Counted from the stretch's first letter, positions 38,719 to 48,909 are shown. The stretch is DNA of 64,000 bases from an uncultured Candidatus Saccharibacteria bacterium (GCA_964460325.1 CAYWPI010000001.1:11105-75104), one strand, 5' to 3'. The notes: a model not told the origin generated them from the letters alone. A program made the numbers and translations.

Positions 38719-39399
38719 TTACGTTACCCTGCGAACATCTGAAATAATCACGCCATCCTTAAGCGAAATGACCCGTTGCGCTTTACGCGCATACTCCTCT
38801 TCATGCGTGACCATGATAATCGTCTGCCCCATTCGATTGATCTCTAAAAACGCATCCATCACCGGCGCGGCGCTTGCCGAATCAAGATTGGCCGTTGGTT
38901 CATCCGCGAACAGAATCTGAGGCTCATGGGCAATTGCCCGAGCGATTGCCACGCGCTGTTGTTGACCACCTGAAAGTTGAGCTGGTTTGCTGCGAATCTT
39001 GTCAGACAAATTAACTTTTGCCAGCGCCTGCTCTGCTTTCATAAACGCAATCTTGGGGTCCATCCGTTGCACCATCATTGGCAACAATACGTTTTCAAGC
39101 GCGGTAAGCTCTGGCAAAAGCGCATAATCCTGAAACACATAACCAAGCTTGTTCAACCTGAGTGCTGTTTTCTCTAGATCGCCCAATCCGGAAGTTGCGT
39201 GACCATCAATAAAGATCTCGCCGCTGGTTGGCTCATCCAAAAGAGATAATTGATATAAAAGGGTGGATTTCCCGGCACCCGATGGCCCAATAATCGCGAC
39301 AAACTCGCCCGATTGAATGGTCAGATCCAGGTGCTTAAGCACCATGAGTGCAAGCTCACCCTCGCCATATGTTTTGACCAATTTTCGCGCTTCAATCAT
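38719..39399 (-). CDS. ABC transporter ATP-binding protein (MacB/LolD-like)
   Basis: Walker A GPSGAGKST, ABC signature LSGGQQQRV, Walker B. Confidence 0.85.
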   Translation of the reverse strand: MIEARKLVKTYGEGELALMVLKHLDLTIQSGEFVAIIGPSGAGKSTLLYQLSLLDEPTSGEIFIDGHATSGLGDLEKTALRLNKLGYVFQDYALLPELTALENVLLPMMVQRMDPKIAFMKAEQALAKVNLSDKIRSKPAQLSGGQQQRVAIARAIAHEPQILFADEPTANLDSASAAPVMDAFLEINRMGQTIIMVTHEEEYARKAQRVISLKDGVIISDVRRVT

Positions 39400-39416
39400 G
39401 TTTTTGTATGGTTCGA

Positions 39417-40718
39417 CTATCGTCCTAATATAGAATCAAGTGTATTTTTGCGCACAATTAGCTTGGCAGGAATATATCCGGCAATGAGCGTCACAACAAA
39501 CAGAATGATCACGCGAATGGCCGCGCCCATGGGCGTCGCCACTAAGATACCGTCGGAAAACGGAAAGTTAATCGGATTGGCGTCAAAATAAGGCTTAAGC
39601 ACACCAAACGTCAGCAACAGTCCGATGGCTGAACCGATAACCGCATAGACAATTGCCTGAAAAACATACGAAAGCTCAACAACCTTGGGGGGAATGCCAA
39701 TGCCCTTCATAATACCGATCGATTTGCGCTTAGTGACCGCATTAATAAAAATGACAATAAAGATGGTGATCGAGGCAACCACGAGAGCAATGGACGAAAG
39801 CGCATTACCAAGAATCAGAAACGTAGTCTCAATATCGCGCAAGAAAGATGGAATTGCGTCTGCCGATGTCTGCACAAGAGCTGCCGTTGGATCATTGAGA
39901 TAGTCATTCACCTGCGCGACAAGCGTCGGCGCATATGTCGGATCACTCACGGAAATGGCAATTTCCTGATACTGCTCGCGATTTGATGGCAACATGCGAC
40001 GCAACTCCCGGTCAGTCATAAAAAGCCGCGTGGAAACCTCATCTACTTTGCTTTTCACGATACCTTTGACGATAAAGTCTTTCCGGGCGGTTGTTCCTCC
40101 GGTTGTGATGGAAACACGAACGCGCGTACCAACATCAACATCATTCAAAAAATCAAAACCGGGAATATTCACGTCCGAAAACGCAGAATACTTCCGTATC
40201 ATATTGGCGCCAATAAGCACATATCCTTCTTCGTTTGGATCGAGCATTTCGCCATAGCGCACAAACCGGGAAAACCCCGTCATAATCTCTTCTTTCGCAA
40301 CATCCAATCCAACCACCCGAATACCAATTTGATTGGGGCGCTCTCCTTTTGCCGGTAAATCGTTAAGCGTGCCCAGCACCTGACCACTTGCGCCATACCG
40401 GGGCGAAATCGCGGTTACCTCTGGATGATTGTTCAAGAAGCCAATAAGCGCTTGCGAATCTTTAATATAATTTTGCTGAGGAGCAGAGGTGATGATAACA
40501 TCGCCCGAATAACTTTCGTGATACTGCTTAAATGCACCAGAAATAATGCCTGAAAGTAAACCAGAGACAACAACCAAGTTCAAAAACGTAAGCACCATGA
40601 TAAAGGTGATCAGTCCTGTCGTCCACTTGCTTGAGTGCTTAATATTGCGAAGCGCCAAAAACCAGCCAACTCGAATGGCTGTAAGATATTGTTGTGACCA
40701 GCCCAGAAATCGTTTCAT
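39417..40718 (-). CDS. ABC transporter permease (FtsX/MacB-like)
   Basis: N-terminal transmembrane segment, large periplasmic domain, C-terminal FtsX-like helices. Confidence 0.7.
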   Translation of the reverse strand: MKRFLGWSQQYLTAIRVGWFLALRNIKHSSKWTTGLITFIMVLTFLNLVVVSGLLSGIISGAFKQYHESYSGDVIITSAPQQNYIKDSQALIGFLNNHPEVTAISPRYGASGQVLGTLNDLPAKGERPNQIGIRVVGLDVAKEEIMTGFSRFVRYGEMLDPNEEGYVLIGANMIRKYSAFSDVNIPGFDFLNDVDVGTRVRVSITTGGTTARKDFIVKGIVKSKVDEVSTRLFMTDRELRRMLPSNREQYQEIAISVSDPTYAPTLVAQVNDYLNDPTAALVQTSADAIPSFLRDIETTFLILGNALSSIALVVASITIFIVIFINAVTKRKSIGIMKGIGIPPKVVELSYVFQAIVYAVIGSAIGLLLTFGVLKPYFDANPINFPFSDGILVATPMGAAIRVIILFVVTLIAGYIPAKLIVRKNTLDSILGR

Positions 40719-42199
40719 TATTGCTTTTCAATTACCACCACATCCCCTTCCGCCAAGCCGTCAAGAACTTCCACTAATCCATTATTGCCCCGGAGTCCAA
40801 GCTTCACAACGGTTTGCACTCGCTCGTTGCCGCGCAGCACCTTCACCGTTTTCTCACCACCGACCAACGATATCGCTCGAAACGGAATAACGAGCACTTG
40901 TTCTTTTGCTTGCGTCGAAACAATGATATTCGCGGTCATCCCCGATCGAATACGAGCATCGTCGGCATTAAACGCAAAGGTGGTTTTATAGGTTGCCACT
41001 CCATCAATCACCGTTTCCGCCGGATCAATGGCCTTTACGGTAACCGCAAAGGGGTTTTCTGAGCCATACGCGTCCAGTACAACCGTGGCGGGATTACCAA
41101 CCGCCAGCTTGGCAATGTCAATTTCGGGAATATGCGCGGTCACCTCAAGCCCGCCTTCTCCGAGCACGTAATAAACCTGGTCGGTGGCGGTCACCCCCTC
41201 GCCGATACTTTTGCTCTTTGAGGCAATGACGCCACTGATCGGCGCATACAAGGAGGCGTTAGTAAGATTCGCCTGAGCAATCGCGACGGCGGCTCTGGCC
41301 GTTTCCACTTGCGCCTGCGCTGTTTTATAACTCGCCGCACTGGTATTATTTTCAAGCACATTGTTTGTTTTCGCGTCAGCAATCGCTTTGGCATAGCCAG
41401 CCACCTTCGCAACCGCGTCATTAATATCCGCCTGCGCATCTGCAGCTGAGGTGCGATAGGCATTATTTGCGTCACTGGACGAAAGCGTCTTCAACTCTTT
41501 AATAAGCGCAATGGTTACTTGCTGAATAGCAAGCAGGGGCGAATATACCTTTGCCAGCGCAGATTCGATCTCCGTCCTACTTGCGGTTGGTGTTAAATTT
41601 TTAAGGGCGAATACCGTTGTTTCGTATGCGTCTTTCATTTTTTTCAACTCGTCGAGCCTGCCACTGACTGAAGCCTGATCATAAATACTTTTTACGGTAT
41701 CGTTCGTTGTTTGCGCAAGGTTAAGCACCTCACCCAAGCCAGCAAGGGCATCCGAATAGGCAGTCGCAAGCGTCTGCTCGTTTTTGATTCTCGTGTCTCC
41801 CACGCTTTGGCCGGCATTGCTGAGCGCAACCTGCATCGCGGCAAGCTCCGCCTCGGCCTGAATCACTTTTTGTCGCAAATCACCCGCATTGAGCGTGGCG
41901 AGCAATTGACCCTTGACCACCGCATCTCCTACTTCAGCCTTCAACGTCGCAATCGTACCGGCAGACTCAAACCGCAGTGAAGCTGCATTTTTAGGCCTCA
42001 CTGTTCCCGTCGCTGTCACCGTTTCCACCACATCCCCCCGACTGACCGTTATAAACTCATCAGCAATCTCTGTTCCTCCTTTTACCACCTGATATCCCAA
42101 AATCACCACCAATGCGACAAGCGGCCAAAAGAGCCACTTCTTTCGATAGAATGCCTTTAAAAAATTTTTCATAAACAATATTTGAATAGATTGCCACAA
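40718..42199 (-). CDS. HlyD/MacA-family periplasmic adaptor (membrane-fusion protein)
   Basis: N-terminal anchor, long Ala/Gln-rich coiled coil, beta-barrel C-terminus. Forms an operon with the ABC pair. Confidence 0.65.
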   Translation of the reverse strand: MWQSIQILFMKNFLKAFYRKKWLFWPLVALVVILGYQVVKGGTEIADEFITVSRGDVVETVTATGTVRPKNAASLRFESAGTIATLKAEVGDAVVKGQLLATLNAGDLRQKVIQAEAELAAMQVALSNAGQSVGDTRIKNEQTLATAYSDALAGLGEVLNLAQTTNDTVKSIYDQASVSGRLDELKKMKDAYETTVFALKNLTPTASRTEIESALAKVYSPLLAIQQVTIALIKELKTLSSSDANNAYRTSAADAQADINDAVAKVAGYAKAIADAKTNNVLENNTSAASYKTAQAQVETARAAVAIAQANLTNASLYAPISGVIASKSKSIGEGVTATDQVYYVLGEGGLEVTAHIPEIDIAKLAVGNPATVVLDAYGSENPFAVTVKAIDPAETVIDGVATYKTTFAFNADDARIRSGMTANIIVSTQAKEQVLVIPFRAISLVGGEKTVKVLRGNERVQTVVKLGLRGNNGLVEVLDGLAEGDVVVIEKQ

Positions 42200-42280
42200 T
42201 GTCTACTGGCGCACCTGCCAGGATCAGAAAGGCAATGTGCGGTCATTCTACCATAAAAATGTGATATAATACAAAGCAAT

Positions 42281-42679
42281 ATGGCTGAAAACATTAACGC
42301 CTTCGAACAAGAAATAAAAGAACTTGAGGCGAAGCTTGAGGCAAAGAAAAAAGAGATGGCGGCTTCTGGCACTGAAGCACAAGAGAGGCATCTTTTTAAA
42401 ACGGTTCTTCGTGAACACACCGGGCACGAACCGGTCGCCCCCTCTCCACTGCCCACTCCGGCGACTGGCTCGCAAGCGTCCGGGTCGATTGCTGTTTCTC
42501 CTGCTGACGAACAAAAAATCGACAACTTGATTTCACACGCGTTCACCAAGGGCATCAGTTCTGCCATCCATGAAGCACGCAAGATGAATATCCCTTTTTT
42601 GGTTGATATGCTTCATGACCGGCTTGCGGATGAGTACTATCAGAAATTACTCGAGGCTCGGAAGATAAGCACCGAATAA
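42281..42679 (+). CDS. Hypothetical coiled-coil protein
   Basis: N-terminal heptad-like EIKELEAKLEAKKKE region. Confidence 0.35.
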   Translation: MAENINAFEQEIKELEAKLEAKKKEMAASGTEAQERHLFKTVLREHTGHEPVAPSPLPTPATGSQASGSIAVSPADEQKIDNLISHAFTKGISSAIHEARKMNIPFLVDMLHDRLADEYYQKLLEARKISTE

Positions 42680-42687
42680 CTGTCATC

Positions 42688-45156
42688 ATGCCAATCATCT
42701 GGGGGATAATCACATTAATCAGTTGTATTGGTTTTATTGGTTTTATTGTTTTTTTTCTTATCCTTAGCCGTTTTCGGCAGCGAGGTGAACTCTCGCATTC
42801 GCTTGGCCTTGCCCTACTGCGCGTCCAATTGCCTCGCGCCCAAAAAGAAGAAGACAAAGGGGGCATGAGATCAACCGCGAACGATCTTCGAGAAAAGATC
42901 GCGGTTATGGAACAGGTGTATTCGCAGTTTGCCAACATCACCGAACACGGCCTGCACGCCTGGTTTTATGGCACTCCGTTCTTTTCTCTTGAAATTGTTG
43001 TTCCGCATGTGGGGCAAGAGGTCATTTTTTATTGTGCCGTACCCCGCAAATATGCCAGCGCCACCGAAAAGCTTATTCAGGGCGTATATCCAGACGCCAC
43101 CATCGAACCCGTGAAGGATTACACTATTTTCCAACCGGAAAGCAGTGTTTCGGCGGCCTATGCGCGCGGAAAAAGCAAGTTTTTGCCACTTAAGACATAT
43201 CAAACCATGGATGCAGATCCCCTAGGCAGCATTATTAATGCGTTTTCAAAAGTTTCCCATGATGGAGAAGGATTGGCACTACAAATCGTTTCTCGTCGCG
43301 CCGAAAGTCTTTGGAACACAAGGCTCATCCGACTCACTCGGTACTTGCGCGAAGGCAAGCCGCTGCACCGCGCATTAAAGGAAGCCAACAAATCGGAACT
43401 GCTTCGCGCGGCGCAGGGCAATAAAAGCGAGGAAAAAAGAAAACAGGAGGAGTATGAAAAACAAGCGGTGAATGAAACGCTTGTCGATATGGTTAATAAA
43501 AAAGCTCAGAAAATATTATTCGAGACTAACATTCGCATTGTCGCCGCGGCGAAAGATAAATCACGCGCCGACACCCTTCTCCAAGAGCTCGCCACGCCAT
43601 TTGCCCAATATATGATCGGTGACACCAATGGCATTACGTTTTCTAAAGTGAGTGGTCGTTCTCTGCAGCGGCTTGTCTATCAATTTTCATTCCGTACGCC
43701 CGACCCAGCCACGCCACTCATCCTTTCCTCAGAAGAACTTGCCAGCATCGCGCACCTGCCCAACACCGTCATTGGCGCCAGTCACCTGGCCGCAATCAAG
43801 GCTAAACAAGCACCCGTTCCGTTCAATATCCCCCGTACCGGATTACTGCTTGGCGTGAACACATTCCGGGGCACGGAAACGGAAATTCGGATGGCTGAAG
43901 ATGATCGTGCGCGCCATTTTTACATCATTGGGCAGACCGGGACCGGTAAGACATATTTTATGCGCAACATGATTATTCAAGACATTGAAGCCGGCAATGG
44001 CGTTTGCTTTATTGATCCGCATGGCGACATGTGCGAAGACATTCTGGGGACCATTCCCGCCAGCCGCATTGAAGACGTGATCTATTTTAACCCGGGAGAC
44101 GTGAGCCGTCCGATGGGCATGAACATGCTGGAATACGACCCTAAGTTTCCGGAACAAAAAACATTTATCATCAATGAACTGCTTGAGATTTTCAACAAAC
44201 TTTATGACATGAAAACTGCCGGAGGACCAATGTTTGAACAGTACTTCAGAAACGCCACCGCGCTGGTTATGGATGATATTCCAAGCGGCAACACGCTTTT
44301 AGAAATCAACCGGGTGTTTGTTGATAAAAAATTCAGGGATTATAAGCTTTCGCGCACTACCAACCCGCTGGTAAAAATCTTCTGGCGCGACATTGCCGAA
44401 AAAGCCGGCGGCGAGGCAAGCTTGCAAAACATTGTCCCCTATATCAGCTCCAAGTTTGACTCGTTCCTTTCAAATGAAATCATGCGGCCGATTGTGGCTC
44501 AAGAAAAATCTGCTTTCCGCTTGCGCGATGTGATGGACAGCAAAAAAATACTGCTGGTTAACTTAAGCAAAGGCCGCCTGGGCGAACTGAACAGCTCGCT
44601 TATTGGCCTTATCCTTGTCGGCAAGATTTTGATGGCGGCGTTTTCCCGCGTGGATATCCCAGAAAAAGATCGAAAGAGCTTTTATCTCTATATTGATGAG
44701 TTCCAAAACGTCACCACTAATTCTATTGAAACCATTCTCTCTGAAGCGCGTAAATATAAACTTTCGCTCACCATCGCCCACCAGTTTATCGCCCAGCTTG
44801 AAGAAGACACCTCAAAATCAGTATTCGGCAACGTGGGCTCGATGGCCGCATTCCGTGTTGGCGCAGAAGATGGTGAGTTTTTGGAAAAGCAGTTCGCGCC
44901 TACTTTTAATCAAAATGACCTCATCAATATTGATAATCGCAACTGCTACGTAAAGCTGCTCATTAACGGCACTACGGCTTTGCCGTTTTCCATGCGCACC
45001 GTGGCTGGCAAGCAGACCAATCCCGAACTGGCCGCCAAAGCTAAAGAGTATTCCCGTTTAGCATTTGGAAGAGATCGACAAGATGTTGAAAAAGAAGTAA
45101 TGGAAAAATTCGCGGCACTGGACAAGACGGCACAAAAACCAGTGTCTCCATTTTAA
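42688..45156 (+). CDS. Membrane-anchored P-loop ATPase (TraG/VirD4-like or DUF87/HerA-FtsK-like)
   Basis: N-terminal transmembrane segments, Walker A GQTGTGKT, Walker B LYIDEFQ. 822 aa. Confidence 0.5.
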   Translation: MPIIWGIITLISCIGFIGFIVFFLILSRFRQRGELSHSLGLALLRVQLPRAQKEEDKGGMRSTANDLREKIAVMEQVYSQFANITEHGLHAWFYGTPFFSLEIVVPHVGQEVIFYCAVPRKYASATEKLIQGVYPDATIEPVKDYTIFQPESSVSAAYARGKSKFLPLKTYQTMDADPLGSIINAFSKVSHDGEGLALQIVSRRAESLWNTRLIRLTRYLREGKPLHRALKEANKSELLRAAQGNKSEEKRKQEEYEKQAVNETLVDMVNKKAQKILFETNIRIVAAAKDKSRADTLLQELATPFAQYMIGDTNGITFSKVSGRSLQRLVYQFSFRTPDPATPLILSSEELASIAHLPNTVIGASHLAAIKAKQAPVPFNIPRTGLLLGVNTFRGTETEIRMAEDDRARHFYIIGQTGTGKTYFMRNMIIQDIEAGNGVCFIDPHGDMCEDILGTIPASRIEDVIYFNPGDVSRPMGMNMLEYDPKFPEQKTFIINELLEIFNKLYDMKTAGGPMFEQYFRNATALVMDDIPSGNTLLEINRVFVDKKFRDYKLSRTTNPLVKIFWRDIAEKAGGEASLQNIVPYISSKFDSFLSNEIMRPIVAQEKSAFRLRDVMDSKKILLVNLSKGRLGELNSSLIGLILVGKILMAAFSRVDIPEKDRKSFYLYIDEFQNVTTNSIETILSEARKYKLSLTIAHQFIAQLEEDTSKSVFGNVGSMAAFRVGAEDGEFLEKQFAPTFNQNDLINIDNRNCYVKLLINGTTALPFSMRTVAGKQTNPELAAKAKEYSRLAFGRDRQDVEKEVMEKFAALDKTAQKPVSPF

Positions 45157-45376
45157 TCTCTGCCGCGACGCAATCTCATACACCGCAGACAAGCCGGAGA
45201 CAAAAAAGCCCCGATCGTAGTTCACGGGACTGTTTTGCGGTTGGAAAGGCCACTCTACTCTAGCCATAAAGCAGGATGCGGTCTCTCTTCTCCTGGGGAA
45301 CTTGCAATGGCAAGTTCCGAGTAACCTGGGGGGTTACACTACTTATGACGACCAAGAAGCGTATTTATGACACGAC

Positions 45377-45799
45377 TTAAAGCTTGAGATGAAAAACATT
45401 TGTATCTTTTATCGTAAAACCAAGCTTCCTATATAAACTATGAGCCGCTTTCCGATCAGGGCGACTTGTAAGCGCCACCTTTCTAACATTTTCTTTTTTA
45501 CCGATATCGATAAGCTCCTTCATCAGTCTCTCGCCCAGTCCACGCCCTCGATATCTTTCATCAACCACCAGATCCTCAATCATCGCCTTTGTCCCAATAA
45601 TCTGCCTCATAAGAATTAAACTTGCGGTCCCAATAAGCTTCTTCTTATCGAACAAGCCAAGCAGATACACATTCTTATCCTTCAATATTGATTTAAGCTG
45701 AGAATCAGTTAATACCTTATCTGGACTTAGTTGAGCAATCAATCCATTAAATTCTGGCACAAGCCCCTTTTTGAATCGTGTAATACGCAAAAGCTGCAT
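45377..45799 (-). CDS. GNAT-family N-acetyltransferase
   Basis: RGRGLGERLMKELI acetyl-CoA-binding motif. Start moved to MQLLRIT to avoid an 86-nt overlap. Confidence 0.65.
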   Translation of the reverse strand: MQLLRITRFKKGLVPEFNGLIAQLSPDKVLTDSQLKSILKDKNVYLLGLFDKKKLIGTASLILMRQIIGTKAMIEDLVVDERYRGRGLGERLMKELIDIGKKENVRKVALTSRPDRKAAHSLYRKLGFTIKDTNVFHLKL

Positions 45800-45803
45800 A
45801 TCA

Positions 45804-46532
45804 TTATTTTCTCTCTGGACCATTGTATTCCACATCGCCTTCCTCAAACCGGCGGTAGGGTTTTTCATTTTCGATTTCCTCAACAACATGCGCCATCATG
45901 CCCGGCATGCGGCCAAGAGCAAAAAACGCCTTGCCCAGCTTGGGTGAAAATCCCATCGTAACCAAAATTGCCGCCACAGCACCATCAATATTCAGCGGCA
46001 ACGTTTTCCCGCTTTGAGCCGCAAGCTCCTTTTCAATGAGCAGGGCTTTTTTAATAACCAAATCATTCACTTGTGCCTGCGCCGCGCGAACAAACAGCGC
46101 CGCTGTGCGCGGATCACTTTCTTTATAAATCTTATGTCCATAGCCGGCCAAGCGCTCTTTGTTTGCCAATGCGGCCGATACAATCTCTTTCGCCTCAGCA
46201 GAACGCATAAACAGCTCCATAGCTGCCTCAATGGCGCCGCCGTGATAATCGCCAATTGCCAGCAAATCAGCCGCCAGAGCCGCGTTTACGCTGTTTCCCG
46301 TGCTTGCCACCACGCGGCCCACAAACGCCGAAGGCACCTCAACGCCGTGTTCGATACAGGCAAGCAAACAAGCGCTTAACACCTCACTCTCACCTGGCTT
46401 TGGCATTCGCCCCAAAAGAAGCAAAAAGATGCCGTCAATAAAGCCATGCTCGGCGATTAATTGAGTAAGCTTCTGCCCGCGAATATACAATTCGCCGTCT
46501 TTGTGTGTGCTAATTTTTGTTTTCCACCGCAT
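45804..46532 (-). CDS. Citrate-synthase-like short protein (citryl-CoA lyase-like)
   Basis: Citrate synthase signature GYGHKIYKESDPR and an HGG motif in DYHGGAIEAA. Only 242 aa. Confidence 0.55.
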   Translation of the reverse strand: MRWKTKISTHKDGELYIRGQKLTQLIAEHGFIDGIFLLLLGRMPKPGESEVLSACLLACIEHGVEVPSAFVGRVVASTGNSVNAALAADLLAIGDYHGGAIEAAMELFMRSAEAKEIVSAALANKERLAGYGHKIYKESDPRTAALFVRAAQAQVNDLVIKKALLIEKELAAQSGKTLPLNIDGAVAAILVTMGFSPKLGKAFFALGRMPGMMAHVVEEIENEKPYRRFEEGDVEYNGPERK

Positions 46533-46602
46533 AGAGTAATCGCGAAAAATGCGAAAAAGAGTAATAATGCGAATGAGTCCTCTATACTATAAACTCTTGC
46601 CC

Positions 46603-47499
46603 TTAACTTAACAACTTTTTAAGTATTTCAGGGATGTCTTCAATGGTATCGCTGACGTGAATACCAGCGTCTTTCAAAGCTTTAATTTTCGACTCATATC
46701 CGCCTTTGCCCTTGCTTACAATCGCTCCCGCGTGCCCAAGCACCACTCCTTGTGCAAGCTTTTCAGTGAACCTGCCACCCACAATCGCCACAATTGGCTT
46801 GGTAAATCTTCCTGCTTTAATAAAATCCGCGACATCCTCTTCATAAGTTCCGCCAACCTCACCAAACATGACAATAGCTTTTGTCTCCGCATCTTGCTCA
46901 AAAAGCGGCAGGAGATCGACATAATCAGAGCCGGCAATAATGTCACCCCCAATACCAACGGCCGTGCTTTGGCCAAGGCCGGCGCGCGTAAGCGCGTTGG
47001 CAAGCTCTGCCACCATGCCGCCGCTTTTTGAAATAACCCCAATGGGCCCTGGAATAAACACCCGGCTGATTTCTCCGCTGCCCACACTGCCAACCTTGCC
47101 AAGCCCCGGAGAGATAATACCCACCGATGCGGGGCCAATAATGCGGGCGCCCATCTTGCGCGCCGTTGCCACCATAATCGAGCTGTCGCGCGGGGGCACA
47201 TATTCCGTAAGAATATTAATAAGCTTAATGCCCGCCTCAAGCGCTTCCAGCGCTGCATTTTTCACAAACTGGGGCGGCACCACGATAAGCGATAAGTTCA
47301 CCTCTGGGTGCGCCACAAGCGCCTCTTTAACGGAGTTATAAACGGGAATAGAATCCATATACTGCCCGCCCTTGCCCGGCGTCACACCACAAAGCACAGC
47401 AGTTCCATATTTCACCATCTCCCGGCACGCGCGCGAACCTTCTGTACCCGTAATGCCCTGAATGAGCACTTTTGTGTTTTTATCAACCAAGATCGCCAT
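46603..47499 (-). CDS. sucD: Succinyl-CoA synthetase alpha-like subunit (CoA-binding; phosphohistidine loop GHAGAI)
   Basis: Typical SucD motifs across 298 aa. Confidence 0.85.
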   Translation of the reverse strand: MAILVDKNTKVLIQGITGTEGSRACREMVKYGTAVLCGVTPGKGGQYMDSIPVYNSVKEALVAHPEVNLSLIVVPPQFVKNAALEALEAGIKLINILTEYVPPRDSSIMVATARKMGARIIGPASVGIISPGLGKVGSVGSGEISRVFIPGPIGVISKSGGMVAELANALTRAGLGQSTAVGIGGDIIAGSDYVDLLPLFEQDAETKAIVMFGEVGGTYEEDVADFIKAGRFTKPIVAIVGGRFTEKLAQGVVLGHAGAIVSKGKGGYESKIKALKDAGIHVSDTIEDIPEILKKLLS

Positions 47500-47531
47500 G
47501 TTGTTTGTTGTCAGTTGTTAGTTGTTAGTTG
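47500..47531 (-). promoter_or_regulatory. CAA/AAC-repeat leader between sucC stop and sucD start, with no Shine-Dalgarno sequence
   Basis: mRNA-sense CAACTAACAACTAACAACTGACAACAAACAAC immediately 5' of the ATG. A 20-nt core reappears inside sucC at 48196-48215. Confidence 0.35.
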
Positions 47532-48614
47532 TTAGTTCGTCTGCGGTGGCTTTATGCCACGATATGCCAAATCAACCACATACTGCGCGGTTTTTATCAT
47601 CGGCGTCTCACTACCATAGATATAAAACTCAAATCCCTCTTTTGCGGCAAACTCTTTTAGCATCACAATCGCTTCTTGCGTGCGCGGGCCGCCACGGCGG
47701 ATAACAAACGGAAAATTCGGTTTTGGGCTCACGTGCCGCAAGCCTTCCACAAACCCGCTCATGGTTTCATAAATATCCGTAAAGTTCGCTGTGCCGCCAA
47801 TCACCCAGCACGCCTTAATGCCGGGTTGAGCAAACACCTGCTTCGTAAGTTCAGTCACCACCTCTTTGGGCGGATTGCCGGAATACTCGGTATAATTTGC
47901 CGGCTTGCCGCCGGCTAACAGCAAGGCATCCATATTAATAAGCGAGGCGCCGCCGCCAGAAGCAATAACCGCAATATCGCCGCCCATTTGCTCCACACTG
48001 CGCCGTTTGCCCATATCAACCTTTGCATCACCCGCAAACAGCTTGCCGTCTTTTGTTTTAAGAATGGGGTTAATTTCAGCCACGGTCGCCTTCTCCTCAT
48101 TAAAAAGCTTCCAAAGCTTCATAACAATATCCGCCACACCAGGAATGTCTTCGCTTTGAAATCCCGCCGCCCTTAATTCCTGTTGTACGTTGTCAGTTGT
48201 TAGTTGTTGAAGCACGTCAATCGCATACACATACGCGTCATGAATGCCGCTGCCGCCCTTGGGACTTATAGCAAGCACGGGACCACGGCGCTTAGTGTCA
48301 TAACTGAATGACACATAAAATTCACCGGCCACGTCTGCCAGCTGCTCCACCAGTACTTTTTCAACCTTTTCGCCCTGAATTTCACCGCTAAGAAGTTTTA
48401 AAATAGCATCATTCAGTTCTTGTCCAGTCCGCGCGATAATAATCCCGCCTGCCTTTTTCCGATCAGTGGCCCGCACCTGAGCCTTGACGATGACTGGTAG
48501 CCTAATAGACGAGTGGTTAATTAGTGAACTTGCTGAATCCAAAACTTGCCGCGGCAAAAGCGGAATGTCATATTTGGCAAAAATCTCTTTTCCTTCGTAT
48601 TCAAACAGCTTCAT
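47532..48614 (-). CDS. sucC: Succinyl-CoA synthetase beta-like subunit (ATP-grasp)
   Basis: MKLFEYEGKEIFAKY ATP-grasp N-terminus. 360 aa. Confidence 0.8.
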   Translation of the reverse strand: MKLFEYEGKEIFAKYDIPLLPRQVLDSASSLINHSSIRLPVIVKAQVRATDRKKAGGIIIARTGQELNDAILKLLSGEIQGEKVEKVLVEQLADVAGEFYVSFSYDTKRRGPVLAISPKGGSGIHDAYVYAIDVLQQLTTDNVQQELRAAGFQSEDIPGVADIVMKLWKLFNEEKATVAEINPILKTKDGKLFAGDAKVDMGKRRSVEQMGGDIAVIASGGGASLINMDALLLAGGKPANYTEYSGNPPKEVVTELTKQVFAQPGIKACWVIGGTANFTDIYETMSGFVEGLRHVSPKPNFPFVIRRGGPRTQEAIVMLKEFAAKEGFEFYIYGSETPMIKTAQYVVDLAYRGIKPPQTN

Positions 48615-48640
48615 TGTGGTAAGAAATGAAAAGTAAAAAG

Positions 48641-48871
48641 TTATCGATCCTCAATGTGCTTCTTCCCCCAATGCACCCGGTTCCAGATACGCTCATGGAT
48701 ATAATAAGCAACAAGCCCGACAAAGAAAATGGTAATACTGAAGCGCAAAGACTGCGCAACATCACGTGTTTCGTAATACAAGATGCAAAAACTGATGACT
48801 GAAGCGATTATCTTCCAACTGAAAGCTTTGAGTATGGAACGGCCGTGGCTCTCAAGAAAACGGTGAAACAT
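48641..48871 (-). CDS. Small membrane protein
   Basis: 76-aa hydrophobic ORF. Confidence 0.3.
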   Translation of the reverse strand: MFHRFLESHGRSILKAFSWKIIASVISFCILYYETRDVAQSLRFSITIFFVGLVAYYIHERIWNRVHWGKKHIEDR

Positions 48872-48909
48872 ACGGTCATTTTACCACAATAAGAGCGCGC
48901 GTGCCCGAA

